Origin: Marispirochaeta sp.
Lineage (GTDB): Bacteria > Spirochaetota > Spirochaetia > JC444 > Marispirochaetaceae
Direction of reading: 5' to 3'
NCBI GenBank assembly: GCA_963676835.2
Contig: CAXXFF010000001.1
Span: 352,001 to 416,000, forward strand
Length of the DNA stretch: 64,000 nt
Shown here: piece by piece, positions 10,078 to 18,898 of the stretch
Layout: each line of letters opens with the position of its first letter
Numbering within the stretch: position 1 is the stretch's first letter
Position numbers and translations under genes: made by a program
The notes under the pieces: model-generated
The model's input: only the letters and a program-made list of their open reading frames with translations
The model's database searches: none
What the model was told of the DNA's origin: nothing

Positions 10078-10576
10078 TCACATTTGATATGCGAGTTGCA
10101 GCCGGACGGGGAGAAATTACCGTTATGTTATCTATACTGATTTTTCCAGGACTGATTACCATGGGCCCTACCACTCATTATCTGTTCCTGCTTAAATCAG
10201 AAGTTTACCCCTCCACCCCTCCCTTCTTCCCCGTCCCGGCAGTAACTCTCGCAGTCCCGATAATAGTCGTGACCCCGGAAGCATATATAAAATGCAGGAA
10301 TCTCGACTTTGTCCGCGATGTCAAGGAAGAGGCAAACTCCCGAATTATGGAGAAAGTGGACACCTCTATATGGATAAGCTCCGGGGGAATATTCAGTGAA
10401 AAAGCTTTCACGGGAAAAAGAGGGTTCCGCAGGTAAGCAACCAAATTATCGCATTGATGCACGGTGTCCCGGAGGGAAATACAATGTTTACCCCTTGGAT
10501 AAACACATATTTATTTTTTTCAGAATTGAGCAAAAAAGAACGCCGTACGTTATAGTATAAGGAGAACCGGAAAACC

Positions 10577-11821
10577 ATGGGATTTTTCATTACCGTTGCA
10601 ATAACCATTATCTCCTCTGCCCTCTGGCTCAAATACCTGGACCACCTGGATTACTACAAGAAAGATAAGCGCACCGAAAAAATCCTCCGTGTAGGCCTTA
10701 TAGCCGGCATCATCAGCATAATTCCAACCTTTATCTTCTATGAAACAAACTGGCTTTTCTTCTCATGGCTGGTTACCGGACCATTCATGGACAATTTTTT
10801 CATAGTCGGCCTTTCCGAAGAAGCTGCAAAATACCTAATGCTCATTGTGGTAGTGCTTCTGTTTAAATCCGTTAAAGAACCCCAGGACGGGATTATCCAG
10901 GGCGCCGCAGTAGGTGCAGGCTTTGCATTTTTCGAGAATATTAAATACGGCATGGACTATGGTGTGGTAACAACCATTATCCGTTCGATTCTCTGCACTC
11001 CCGGACACATGATGTACACCGCCCTGGCCGGCTACTTCCTTGCCTCTGCAATCTATTCAAACCTGGAAGTACGGGATGACCGGTCGGTTCTCTATGCGAT
11101 ATTCGCCTTCATTCCCACCGCCCTAATACACGCACTGTACAACGCCTCCCTGGACTGGCAGATTATCTACAGCGATGACTTTCACAACCTTGCAGGCCTC
11201 GCCTACCTGATCGACTTTATTACCCTGTTCATTACAATCCAGGTATTCCAGTCTCTTATTGAAAAAAGCCCCTACTTTGTTCATCCCTACTCCCGCTATA
11301 AAAAAGCTATCCGCTCCATTTTGCGGGGGCTGAAACTTAATCCCGGAAGCTTTGTCCTCAACCGCCGGCTTTCTCTCTACCTGCTCGCAGCAGGGAAATA
11401 TCCGGAAGCTTTAAAACGGATCCGTTACTGCAGAAGCCGGCAGCCGAAAAGCGGAAATGTCTGGGATGTACTGGAGGGAATCGCCCTTCTCGGCTCACGG
11501 CATGATGATGAAGGAATTGCCATGCTCACTAGGGCCAGGGAGAACTTCAGCAAAGGAGAACAGTTCCGCATCGAGGTTTTTCTCCAGCGTATAATCCGCG
11601 ATTCCGGTATAAAATTGAGGGTAAAGAATATTCTCTACCCACATGTATTCACCAGAAACCGCTACTTTGCACGGCGCCTTAAATACGGGCCCAGGGATTA
11701 CTGGAAAACTGATTCGAGGATTCTGAAGGAAAGGCTGCAGAAATACCGGGAGCTGATGATGCAGCAGAAATATGCATATAGCACGGAATCTCAGCCCTCA
11801 TCATTAGCACCGCCGTCGTAA
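10577..11821 (+). CDS. PrsW-family intramembrane glutamic-type protease with soluble TPR-like C-terminus
   Basis: GLSEEAAK, DGIIQGAAVGAGFAFFEN, PGHMMYT, HALYN motifs; several TM segments; AAGGAG RBS. Confidence 0.85.
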   Translation: MGFFITVAITIISSALWLKYLDHLDYYKKDKRTEKILRVGLIAGIISIIPTFIFYETNWLFFSWLVTGPFMDNFFIVGLSEEAAKYLMLIVVVLLFKSVKEPQDGIIQGAAVGAGFAFFENIKYGMDYGVVTTIIRSILCTPGHMMYTALAGYFLASAIYSNLEVRDDRSVLYAIFAFIPTALIHALYNASLDWQIIYSDDFHNLAGLAYLIDFITLFITIQVFQSLIEKSPYFVHPYSRYKKAIRSILRGLKLNPGSFVLNRRLSLYLLAAGKYPEALKRIRYCRSRQPKSGNVWDVLEGIALLGSRHDDEGIAMLTRARENFSKGEQFRIEVFLQRIIRDSGIKLRVKNILYPHVFTRNRYFARRLKYGPRDYWKTDSRILKERLQKYRELMMQQKYAYSTESQPSSLAPPS

Positions 11822-12042
11822 AGAATCGCACCATCTTCATCATTCATAATGATCATCCGTGATTCGCACAACATATAAGGAATCTCTTGATAACTTGTGC
11901 GATAATACCAGCATTTATAATTCTGTATAGGGAAATTTAAATAGGGATTGGCATTATCTGGCATACTGGAGGTAAGATTTTCTACAGCAACCGAAGATTT
12001 GAGATATTCACCTATTCTCTTAGATGCTTCATTCTTATCCAT
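11791..12042 (-). CDS. Small hypothetical protein
   Basis: 83-aa ORF from the second Met, protein-like composition, ending ...ILYDGGANDEG; overlaps the prsW 3' end by 31 nt. Confidence 0.55.
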   Translation of the reverse strand: MDKNEASKRIGEYLKSSVAVENLTSSMPDNANPYLNFPIQNYKCWYYRTSYQEIPYMLCESRMIIMNDEDGAILYDGGANDEG

Positions 12043-12109
12043 ATAAGAGCCCACAAACTCCAGCTATAAAAGCTACCTGCAATCATCAGGCTTACAAATG
12101 GGTCTTTTT

Positions 12110-13009
12110 TCAAAAAATATTACTGAAGTAAAATAAGTACACTGTAAAAAATAATGTACCAGCAACTGTGATAAATTTGAGAAATTTATCGAAATCAATA
12201 ATATAAAACAGAACCGAGAAGGTAATAAAAAAGAGTTCATTTCCACCAATTTCTGGAACAGGCAAAGTGTAGCCCTTGTAAAACGCAAATGAAAAGAAAA
12301 GATATGCCACGAGATTCGAGTAGAATGATTTTTTGTTGGAGAGGAAAATACTTACTATCTTAAATAACAATGCTGCTATTGTGAAAGAAACTGTGTTATT
12401 CGCGATAACAGGAGAAAAAGGAAACAACTTTTCCCCCAGCATTAGAGCTACTATAACTATTGCTGCAACATTCAGAACCAAACTCAGAGGATTTGCATGC
12501 TTCTTACTTAACCCTCTCCGTGTTTTTTTGTACTTAATAAGATTCTGCTGATCATTGTACGCGAAGCTATTGGCATAATTTGAAAGATAATCGATAAAAA
12601 TGATCTTCAACGTCTCTGTGTTTGTAATATTCTGGAAATAGAGATGTATCTGCGAAACCTCATCGATTAGTGTAATAATATTGTATGCGCCGTACTTGTC
12701 AATAAACAGCGAGCATCGTCCTATCTCTTTTATATCAATCTCATTCGGTCCGGTTTCTTCCAATTTGGTTGATGCAGTTGTTTTGTTTACAATGTGTTTT
12801 TTAACAGTACTCTTTCTGGTATTCCAGAGCAGCCGCTTATTGGTAAGGACATAGATGCGTTCACGGTTTCTGAACAAAGAATCGTCGACTAAAAGCAGTA
12901 TTCTCTCATCTTCTGCCAACTCAAATCTTGGAATGGCTTTCTTAACAATCTCGATATCGACATGTACGATGAATCTTTCGTTCTTCAAGAAACTGAAACC
13001 ATTCAGCAT
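12110..13009 (-). CDS. Hypothetical membrane protein (soluble N-terminal domain plus about 5 C-terminal TM helices)
   Basis: 299-aa ORF with GGAG RBS and hydrophobic C-terminal third; AT-rich. Confidence 0.7.
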   Translation of the reverse strand: MLNGFSFLKNERFIVHVDIEIVKKAIPRFELAEDERILLLVDDSLFRNRERIYVLTNKRLLWNTRKSTVKKHIVNKTTASTKLEETGPNEIDIKEIGRCSLFIDKYGAYNIITLIDEVSQIHLYFQNITNTETLKIIFIDYLSNYANSFAYNDQQNLIKYKKTRRGLSKKHANPLSLVLNVAAIVIVALMLGEKLFPFSPVIANNTVSFTIAALLFKIVSIFLSNKKSFYSNLVAYLFFSFAFYKGYTLPVPEIGGNELFFITFSVLFYIIDFDKFLKFITVAGTLFFTVYLFYFSNIF

Positions 13010-13682
13010 TTTCTTTCTCCATAATTATTAGAAATTAGATACTCATTTTTAACCAGTAGACCCACTTTCACAGAAACAACTTACAATTTAAGGCTGCATC
13101 GGTGTTGTTTACCATGACTTTAAAACGAAAGCAGAATCAGTTCTTCCCTGCTATCAATAAAATTATACATTGAGCATTCAGACACCGCAACTTTATAAAT
13201 GCCTATTTCCCTGGAGAACCCACGTGCGAATTTCACTTTCGCATATAGATAATTGATTCTAATCTAATGATATCCAAAACCGCATAGGTTACAAGTATTT
13301 CCCGTTTCAATTTTCACTTAACGGAAGATCTACCTGCCCTCCTGATACACCGGATTCAATCACATAAAAGAACTGAACAGTAAATTTCCCGGTACCAGCA
13401 GATTTTCAGTATCTCTCTAACCCTACCATTTCCAGAGAGACCGCCCTCACCAGCTCCACGAAATAAAGAAAACTAAAAAATTTACCTGGCCATACAGGTA
13501 AACCTTCAGACTCGATTAAACGAATCCATGAAAGGAACAGTGTAATTCCATGCAGTCTATGTGATAAAATTTTTCCTTTTTCAGAAATTATTTCATATCG
13601 CTTTTCTCTCTTGTACAGAAAAGGTGTTTCCATTTCTTCATTGCGCTATTTATTAATCAGGTGTATTGTAAAATAGTGCATC

Positions 13683-13698
13683 ATCAAAACGTTTTGAT
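13683..13698. promoter_or_regulatory. LacI-family operator O1
   Basis: Perfect palindrome ATCAAAACGTTTTGAT with central CG, just upstream of the GGAGG RBS of gene 13713; identical to the site at 15761. Confidence 0.85.
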
Positions 13699-13712
13699 TA
13701 CCTGGAGGAACC

Positions 13713-14741
13713 ATGAAGGGTATAGGAATAATCGGGACAGGAGTAATTGCAGATTTCCACGCTGGAGCAATTGAAGGGTTGGAGGAAGCAGTACTTACCG
13801 CTGTATATGACAGTGCACCAGCCCGGGCGGAAAAATTCGCAGAAAAATGGCATACCAGGGCATGTACGGACCTGCAGGACTTTCTGGCAATTCCGGAAAT
13901 GGATATAGTCGCGGTATGTACTCCTTCAGGAGCCCACCGGGATCCGTCCATATCTGCAGCTGCTGCGGGAAAACATCTTCTGGTAGAGAAACCCATGGAG
14001 GTTACAAGTGCACGGGCACGAGACATTTCAGAAGCCTGCCGGAACGGAAATGTCCGTTTGGCATCTGTTTTTCAGACCCGCTTTCATCCCGTTGTCAGGC
14101 TGCTGAAACAGGCGGTGGCAGAAAAGTGGTTCGGCAGAATCTCCCTGGTTACGGCAGAAGTTAAATGGTACCGCTCTCAGGAATATTATGACAGCAGTCC
14201 CTGGCGCGGAACCTGGTCACTGGACGGCGGGGGTGCTCTGATGAACCAGTCCATTCATGTTATTGATCTGCTGCTTTGGCTGTTCGGTGATCCCGGATAT
14301 ATAGCAGCCCGGGCGGACACCCTATGTCATACCGGGATAGAGGTGGAAGATACCCTGGTTGCTTCAATGGTGTTCCCGGATGGTCCCCTGGGAACCCTGG
14401 CTTTGACAACCGGAGCATGGCCCGGGAGCTTCAAGACTCTGGAAATCTGCGGAGAGCTGGGTCATATCAGGCTTGAAGAAAACCGGATGGCCAGATGGGA
14501 TTTCCATAAAAGCAGCCCTGCGGCAGCCGTCGATCTGACAGCATACACCGAGGGCTCCGATGATGTTTCCGACCCGCTGAACATCGGCTATGCCGCTCAC
14601 CGGGCACAGTACCTCGACCTGCTGCATTCCATCGAAAGCGGAGAAAAACCGGAGGTCGGTGCGGAAGAAGCTATAGCTGCTGTAATTCTTGTGGAGCGAA
14701 TCTATGCATCAGCGGGTATCGGCCCCCGATCGCCGGGTTGA
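13713..14741 (+). CDS. Gfo/Idh/MocA-family NAD(P)-dependent oxidoreductase
   Basis: GIIGTGVIA, VCTPSGAH, GKHLLVEKP, WRGTWSLDGGGALMNQSIH.ID. Confidence 0.92.
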   Translation: MKGIGIIGTGVIADFHAGAIEGLEEAVLTAVYDSAPARAEKFAEKWHTRACTDLQDFLAIPEMDIVAVCTPSGAHRDPSISAAAAGKHLLVEKPMEVTSARARDISEACRNGNVRLASVFQTRFHPVVRLLKQAVAEKWFGRISLVTAEVKWYRSQEYYDSSPWRGTWSLDGGGALMNQSIHVIDLLLWLFGDPGYIAARADTLCHTGIEVEDTLVASMVFPDGPLGTLALTTGAWPGSFKTLEICGELGHIRLEENRMARWDFHKSSPAAAVDLTAYTEGSDDVSDPLNIGYAAHRAQYLDLLHSIESGEKPEVGAEEAIAAVILVERIYASAGIGPRSPG

Positions 14742-15719
14742 ATCCCGTTCTATAAGCCTGCTGGAAAGAACTGTCTGAATAGGAATCTCCTGCCCCCCGA
14801 GTATCCGGTCCTGGAGATAGCGGGCGGCCATTTTTCCCATATCATACAGAGGCTGATCGAAGCTGGTTACAGGAGTGGGCCAGAAGGCGGAAAAATCCCG
14901 GTTGTCAAACCCGACGACACCGATGTCATCCGGAACCCCCATTCCCCGTTCTTCAGCTGCATGAATAGCACCAACTGCAATATAGTCGTTGGCGCAGAAA
15001 ACCGAATCCACATTACCCGACGATTTCAGAAGCTCTTCCATCCCTTTTACACCGCCCTGAAAATCAAAGGGCACATTGATGATTTTTTTCTGAGCTATGG
15101 TCAGCCCGAAATTATCAGCTCCGTCGAGAAACCCCTTCTGACGGTCGTTACTGGCAATACGGTCGGCAGGTCCCATTATAAGTCCGGCACGGGAAAAACC
15201 CTTTCGAGCCAGGTGCTCTGCGGCTTCCCACCCCCCCCGGTAATTGTCCAGAATAATTCGCGGCAGATGGGGGCCGTAATCAAAGTTGACCGTTAAAAGC
15301 GGAAACTCCGGCGGGGAAAACTCCAGGCTGCGGTGATCCTGGGTGACACTCTGGGAAATTATGGCACCGTCCAGTTTGCGGGAATTGAGGAACGCCATGG
15401 TATCCCCGAGATTCGTTTTAAATTCGGTACCGGATACAAACAGCAGATGAAAACCGTAGGGGACGAAAACCGACTCCACTCCCTGGATAATTCTGTTTGA
15501 AAAGTATTCCGTTATGTCTGCTGCGACAAAACCGATAATGCCGGTGTGACCGCTTTTCATGGCCCGGGCGTTTGCATTGGGGATATAATTCAGTTCTTCA
15601 ATTGCCTGGAGCACCCGGTTTCTGGTTGGTTCACTGATGGGGCGTTTTCCATTCAGCACATGGCTGACCGTTGACGGTGACACCCCTGCAAGCTTTGCTA
15701 CGTCGGTAATCTTAACCAT
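14709..15719 (-). CDS. LacI-family transcriptional regulator
   Basis: ITDVAKLAGVSPSTVSHVLN HTH, YIPNANARAM hinge, FCANDYIA, VVGFDN. Confidence 0.95.
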   Translation of the reverse strand: MVKITDVAKLAGVSPSTVSHVLNGKRPISEPTRNRVLQAIEELNYIPNANARAMKSGHTGIIGFVAADITEYFSNRIIQGVESVFVPYGFHLLFVSGTEFKTNLGDTMAFLNSRKLDGAIISQSVTQDHRSLEFSPPEFPLLTVNFDYGPHLPRIILDNYRGGWEAAEHLARKGFSRAGLIMGPADRIASNDRQKGFLDGADNFGLTIAQKKIINVPFDFQGGVKGMEELLKSSGNVDSVFCANDYIAVGAIHAAEERGMGVPDDIGVVGFDNRDFSAFWPTPVTSFDQPLYDMGKMAARYLQDRILGGQEIPIQTVLSSRLIERDSTRRSGADTR

Positions 15720-15760
15720 TTCCTAACTATACTTCCACTTTGAGAATGGAGCAACAGTTT

Positions 15761-15776
15761 ATCAAAACGTTTTGAT
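15761..15776. promoter_or_regulatory. LacI-family operator O2
   Basis: ATCAAAACGTTTTGAT in the divergent intergenic region between lacI and the SBP gene. Confidence 0.85.
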
Positions 15777-15784
15777 ATTTTTTC

Positions 15785-15813
15785 TTGACAGCTGCATATG
15801 CCGGGCGTATCAT
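15785..15813 (+). promoter_or_regulatory. sigma70 promoter of the sugar ABC operon
   Basis: TTGACA (15785-15790), 17 nt, TATCAT (15808-15813). Confidence 0.75.
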
Positions 15814-15816
15814 GAA

Positions 15817-15840
15817 TTTTGTCAAATCGTTTTGACAAAA
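15817..15840. promoter_or_regulatory. LacI-family operator O3 overlapping the predicted transcription start
   Basis: TTTTGTCAAATCGTTTTGACAAAA, a near-perfect palindrome related to O1/O2. Confidence 0.8.
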
Positions 15841-15861
15841 TAACCACAGGAGGAGTTTTGT

Positions 15862-17115
15862 ATGAAAAAGTTACTCGTGCTTCTAATCACCCTGCTTTTA
15901 CTTACAGGAATAGTCTGGGCGGCTGGTCAGAAGGAGTCCGCAGCAGAGGATGTCACACTGACAGTATTGTGGTTCAACGACGCCAATGAATCGGAAGTTT
16001 TCATGAACACCATTCAGGATTATCTGGATGCTCATCCGAACGTAAGCATCGACCTGCAGCTTGTGCCCTTTGGAGATTATGAAAAACGTCTCAAGCTGAT
16101 GATCGCCGGCGGCACCCCCCCGGATCTTGCCCGTATCACCAATAATCACGTTGCGATGTTCGCAGATGAGCTCCTCCCGCTTGACAGCAATGTAAAGAAC
16201 TTCGATTCGGTGATCAGCGGATTCAGCCCGGCATCCCTTGCATTCGCCACCCACTCCAACGGGACAACCGTGGCCCTTCCCACCGAGTCCACCGCAAACG
16301 GCATGATAGTCAATGTTGATATGTTCAAGAAAGCCGGCATTGATATCAAACAGCTCTCTAAAACCTGGACCTGGGACAACTGGTATGATGCTCTCAAGAA
16401 GGTTGTTGCTGCAAATTCCGGTGTTGACTATGGACTTGCCTATGACTTCAGCCCCCACCGCTGGTCCACCCTGCTCTATGAAGCCGGCGGACGGTTTCTC
16501 AACGACAGTGAAACCGCAATGAACTTTAATACTCCGGAAGCCATCGATGCTCTTAAGTTCTTCAAGAAACTTCACGACGACAAACTTATCGTTCCCTCAG
16601 TATGGATGGGGTCCGAAAATCCCCAGGAACTGTTTCAGTCCGGACTGGCTGCAAGCCATATCGGCGGATCCTGGGTCATCAATGCCTATGCAACCCAGAT
16701 CACCAATTTTGAATGGGCGGCAGTCCAGATGCCCAAACGCAAGATCCGCAGCTCAGTTGCCGGCGGTAAATTCGTAGGTGTTTTTAAAGGTGCGGAAAAC
16801 GAAGCAGCAGCACTGGACCTGATGCTTGCCTTTTCCGATGCAAAGCATAATGCAATGTACTGCGGCAACACCTTCAACCTGTCGGCCCGTACCGATGTAA
16901 ATATCAAATATGCATCCCGATCTGAAGACTTCAACGCAATGGCTGCCGATCTTTCAGTCACCCCGGCTGTTACCGCCGAGGACTGGAAAAGCCCCGAACT
17001 GAATAAAATCTATTCCTACATCCGTGAACAGATTGTAGAGGGCCTGCTGGGCAACATAACAATGGAACAGGCTGCAGAAAATATTCAGAACGAAGGAAAC
17101 AAGTTCTTCAAGTAA
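15862..17115 (+). CDS. Sugar ABC transporter substrate-binding protein
   Basis: Signal peptide MKKLLVLL...WAAGQKE, GTPPDLARI, NVDMFKKAG, TWTWD; AGGAGG RBS. Confidence 0.92.
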   Translation: MKKLLVLLITLLLLTGIVWAAGQKESAAEDVTLTVLWFNDANESEVFMNTIQDYLDAHPNVSIDLQLVPFGDYEKRLKLMIAGGTPPDLARITNNHVAMFADELLPLDSNVKNFDSVISGFSPASLAFATHSNGTTVALPTESTANGMIVNVDMFKKAGIDIKQLSKTWTWDNWYDALKKVVAANSGVDYGLAYDFSPHRWSTLLYEAGGRFLNDSETAMNFNTPEAIDALKFFKKLHDDKLIVPSVWMGSENPQELFQSGLAASHIGGSWVINAYATQITNFEWAAVQMPKRKIRSSVAGGKFVGVFKGAENEAAALDLMLAFSDAKHNAMYCGNTFNLSARTDVNIKYASRSEDFNAMAADLSVTPAVTAEDWKSPELNKIYSYIREQIVEGLLGNITMEQAAENIQNEGNKFFK

Positions 17116-17127
17116 ATCATCTTTACC

Positions 17128-17162
17128 GCGGCGCCCGCATTGACAGAGGGCGCCGCATTTTT
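17128..17162 (+). terminator. Stem-loop after the SBP gene (partial terminator or mRNA stabiliser)
   Basis: GCGGCGCCC-11 nt-GGGCGCCGC followed by ATTTTT. Confidence 0.65.
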
Positions 17163-17199
17163 GACGTAAATTGCAGCATATTGCTTCCGGGGAGATTAC

Positions 17200-18087
17200 A
17201 TGGCCAGAAAACTTAAAAGCTCATTTAATCAAACCGCCGCTCCGCTTCTGTTTTTACTGCCGAATATGATAATTTTCGGCCTGTTTATTATTGTTCCCGC
17301 GGTTGCCGGTTTAAGACTCTCTTTTTATCAGTACGAGATTCTGGGTGATAAATTATTTATCGGATTTGCCAACTATATAGAAGTTATTCAGGACGCAATG
17401 TTCTGGAAAACCTTCTGGAATACCCTCAGATATGTACTCTTTGTAGTTCCTCTTCTCACGGTCTCTGCCCTCGGGATGGCTTTGATTACCTCGGATACAA
17501 TTAAAGGAGTTGCATTCTTCCGCGGTCTTTTCTACCTGCCTACAATGCTGAGTCTCATTATTGTAGGTATTATCTGGCGGTGGATACTCGGGGATCAGAT
17601 GGGGGTTCTGAATTTTGTACTGCGCCTCCTCGGAGGAAATCCTGTAGCATGGCTCACAACACCCCTTACGGCAAACATATCGCTTATTTTCATAACCATA
17701 TGGACCATGACCGGGTTCTACATGGTTATGTTCATCGGAGGACTCCAGGCAATTCCCCAGGAGCTGTTTGCCGCCGCAGAAATAGATGGTGCCAACCGCT
17801 GGCAGCTCTTCTGGCATATCAAACTGCCGCTGATACGCCCGACCATGCTGGTAGTGGTTGTGCTGGCAACCATTAACTCCTTTAAAGCCTTTGAACTTAT
17901 TTATACCCTGACAAAGGGCGGTCCCGGAACATCAACCAAACTGCTGGTACAGAACATTTACCAGGTTGCATTTGAGCAGGACCGGCTGGGATATGCGTCA
18001 GCCATGGCGGTAATGCTTATGATAACCATTGGAATCCTCACCTTTTTCCAGTTCCGGATGAACAGGGAGGAATTTTCAAATGAATAG
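17200..18087 (+). CDS. Carbohydrate ABC transporter permease
   Basis: GLQAIPQELFAAAEIDGANRWQLFWHIKLPLIRP (EAA loop); TM helices. Confidence 0.95.
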   Translation: MARKLKSSFNQTAAPLLFLLPNMIIFGLFIIVPAVAGLRLSFYQYEILGDKLFIGFANYIEVIQDAMFWKTFWNTLRYVLFVVPLLTVSALGMALITSDTIKGVAFFRGLFYLPTMLSLIIVGIIWRWILGDQMGVLNFVLRLLGGNPVAWLTTPLTANISLIFITIWTMTGFYMVMFIGGLQAIPQELFAAAEIDGANRWQLFWHIKLPLIRPTMLVVVVLATINSFKAFELIYTLTKGGPGTSTKLLVQNIYQVAFEQDRLGYASAMAVMLMITIGILTFFQFRMNREEFSNE

Positions 18088-18898
18088 AAGACAACTTACT
18101 TCCCGTTATGCACTGTACCTGGTATTTGCCTTTATTTTCTTTTTTCCGGTCCTCTGGATTCTTTTAAGCTCTCTGAAAAGCCAGAGTGAACTGTTTACCT
18201 ACCCCCTTACCTTTCTTCCCGATAAAGTGACTTTTGAAAACTATGCAACTGCATTTAAAAGCGGCAGGTTTGTCAGCTACTTTCTTAACAGCACCTTCAC
18301 CGCTGTGGTTGCAACAGCGATTACCGTGCTGATTAATATTATGGCCGGATATGCCCTGAGCAAATACGTATTCCGCGGCAGGGACCTCATCTTCTTTGTC
18401 ATGATAGCCACCCTGATGATTCCCCTTCAGGTGGTGATGGTGCCGATTTTTCTCCTGGAAAAGAATCTCGGCCTTCTGAATACCCTCTGGGGTATCATCA
18501 TACCTCCTGCAGCAACTCCCACGGGGATATTTCTCGCGAGACAGTACATGATGACCATACCCGATTCTCTTATAGAATCAGCCAGGATTGACGGCGCAGG
18601 GGAAGCAACAATTTTTCTCCGCATTATCCTGCCTCTATCAAAGCCGATAATCGCTACTATTGCCATCTTTTCGTTTATGTGGCGGTGGAATGATTTTCTC
18701 TGGCCCTTCATCGTCATAAGCAGGCAGAAGAAATATACCCTTCAGCTGGCTTTATCCAATTTCGTCGGGCAGTACGATGTTGACTGGTCAAGTCTGCTGT
18801 CCATGACAGTGATCGCAATTCTTCCCATGATTATAGTGTTCCTGGTTTTCCAGAAATACTTCATCAAGGGACTGACCTCGGGAGGAGTTAAAGGCTGA
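18080..18898 (+). CDS. Carbohydrate ABC transporter permease
   Basis: IPDSLIESARIDGAGE, WNDFLWP. Confidence 0.95.
   Translation: MNRRQLTSRYALYLVFAFIFFFPVLWILLSSLKSQSELFTYPLTFLPDKVTFENYATAFKSGRFVSYFLNSTFTAVVATAITVLINIMAGYALSKYVFRGRDLIFFVMIATLMIPLQVVMVPIFLLEKNLGLLNTLWGIIIPPAATPTGIFLARQYMMTIPDSLIESARIDGAGEATIFLRIILPLSKPIIATIAIFSFMWRWNDFLWPFIVISRQKKYTLQLALSNFVGQYDVDWSSLLSMTVIAILPMIIVFLVFQKYFIKGLTSGGVKG

Noticed and set aside
10292..10399. 35-codon ORF MQESRLCPRCQGRGKLP... with a CxxCxGxG motif
   Set aside because: Only one half-site of a DnaJ-type zinc finger, no RBS, very short; likely chance.
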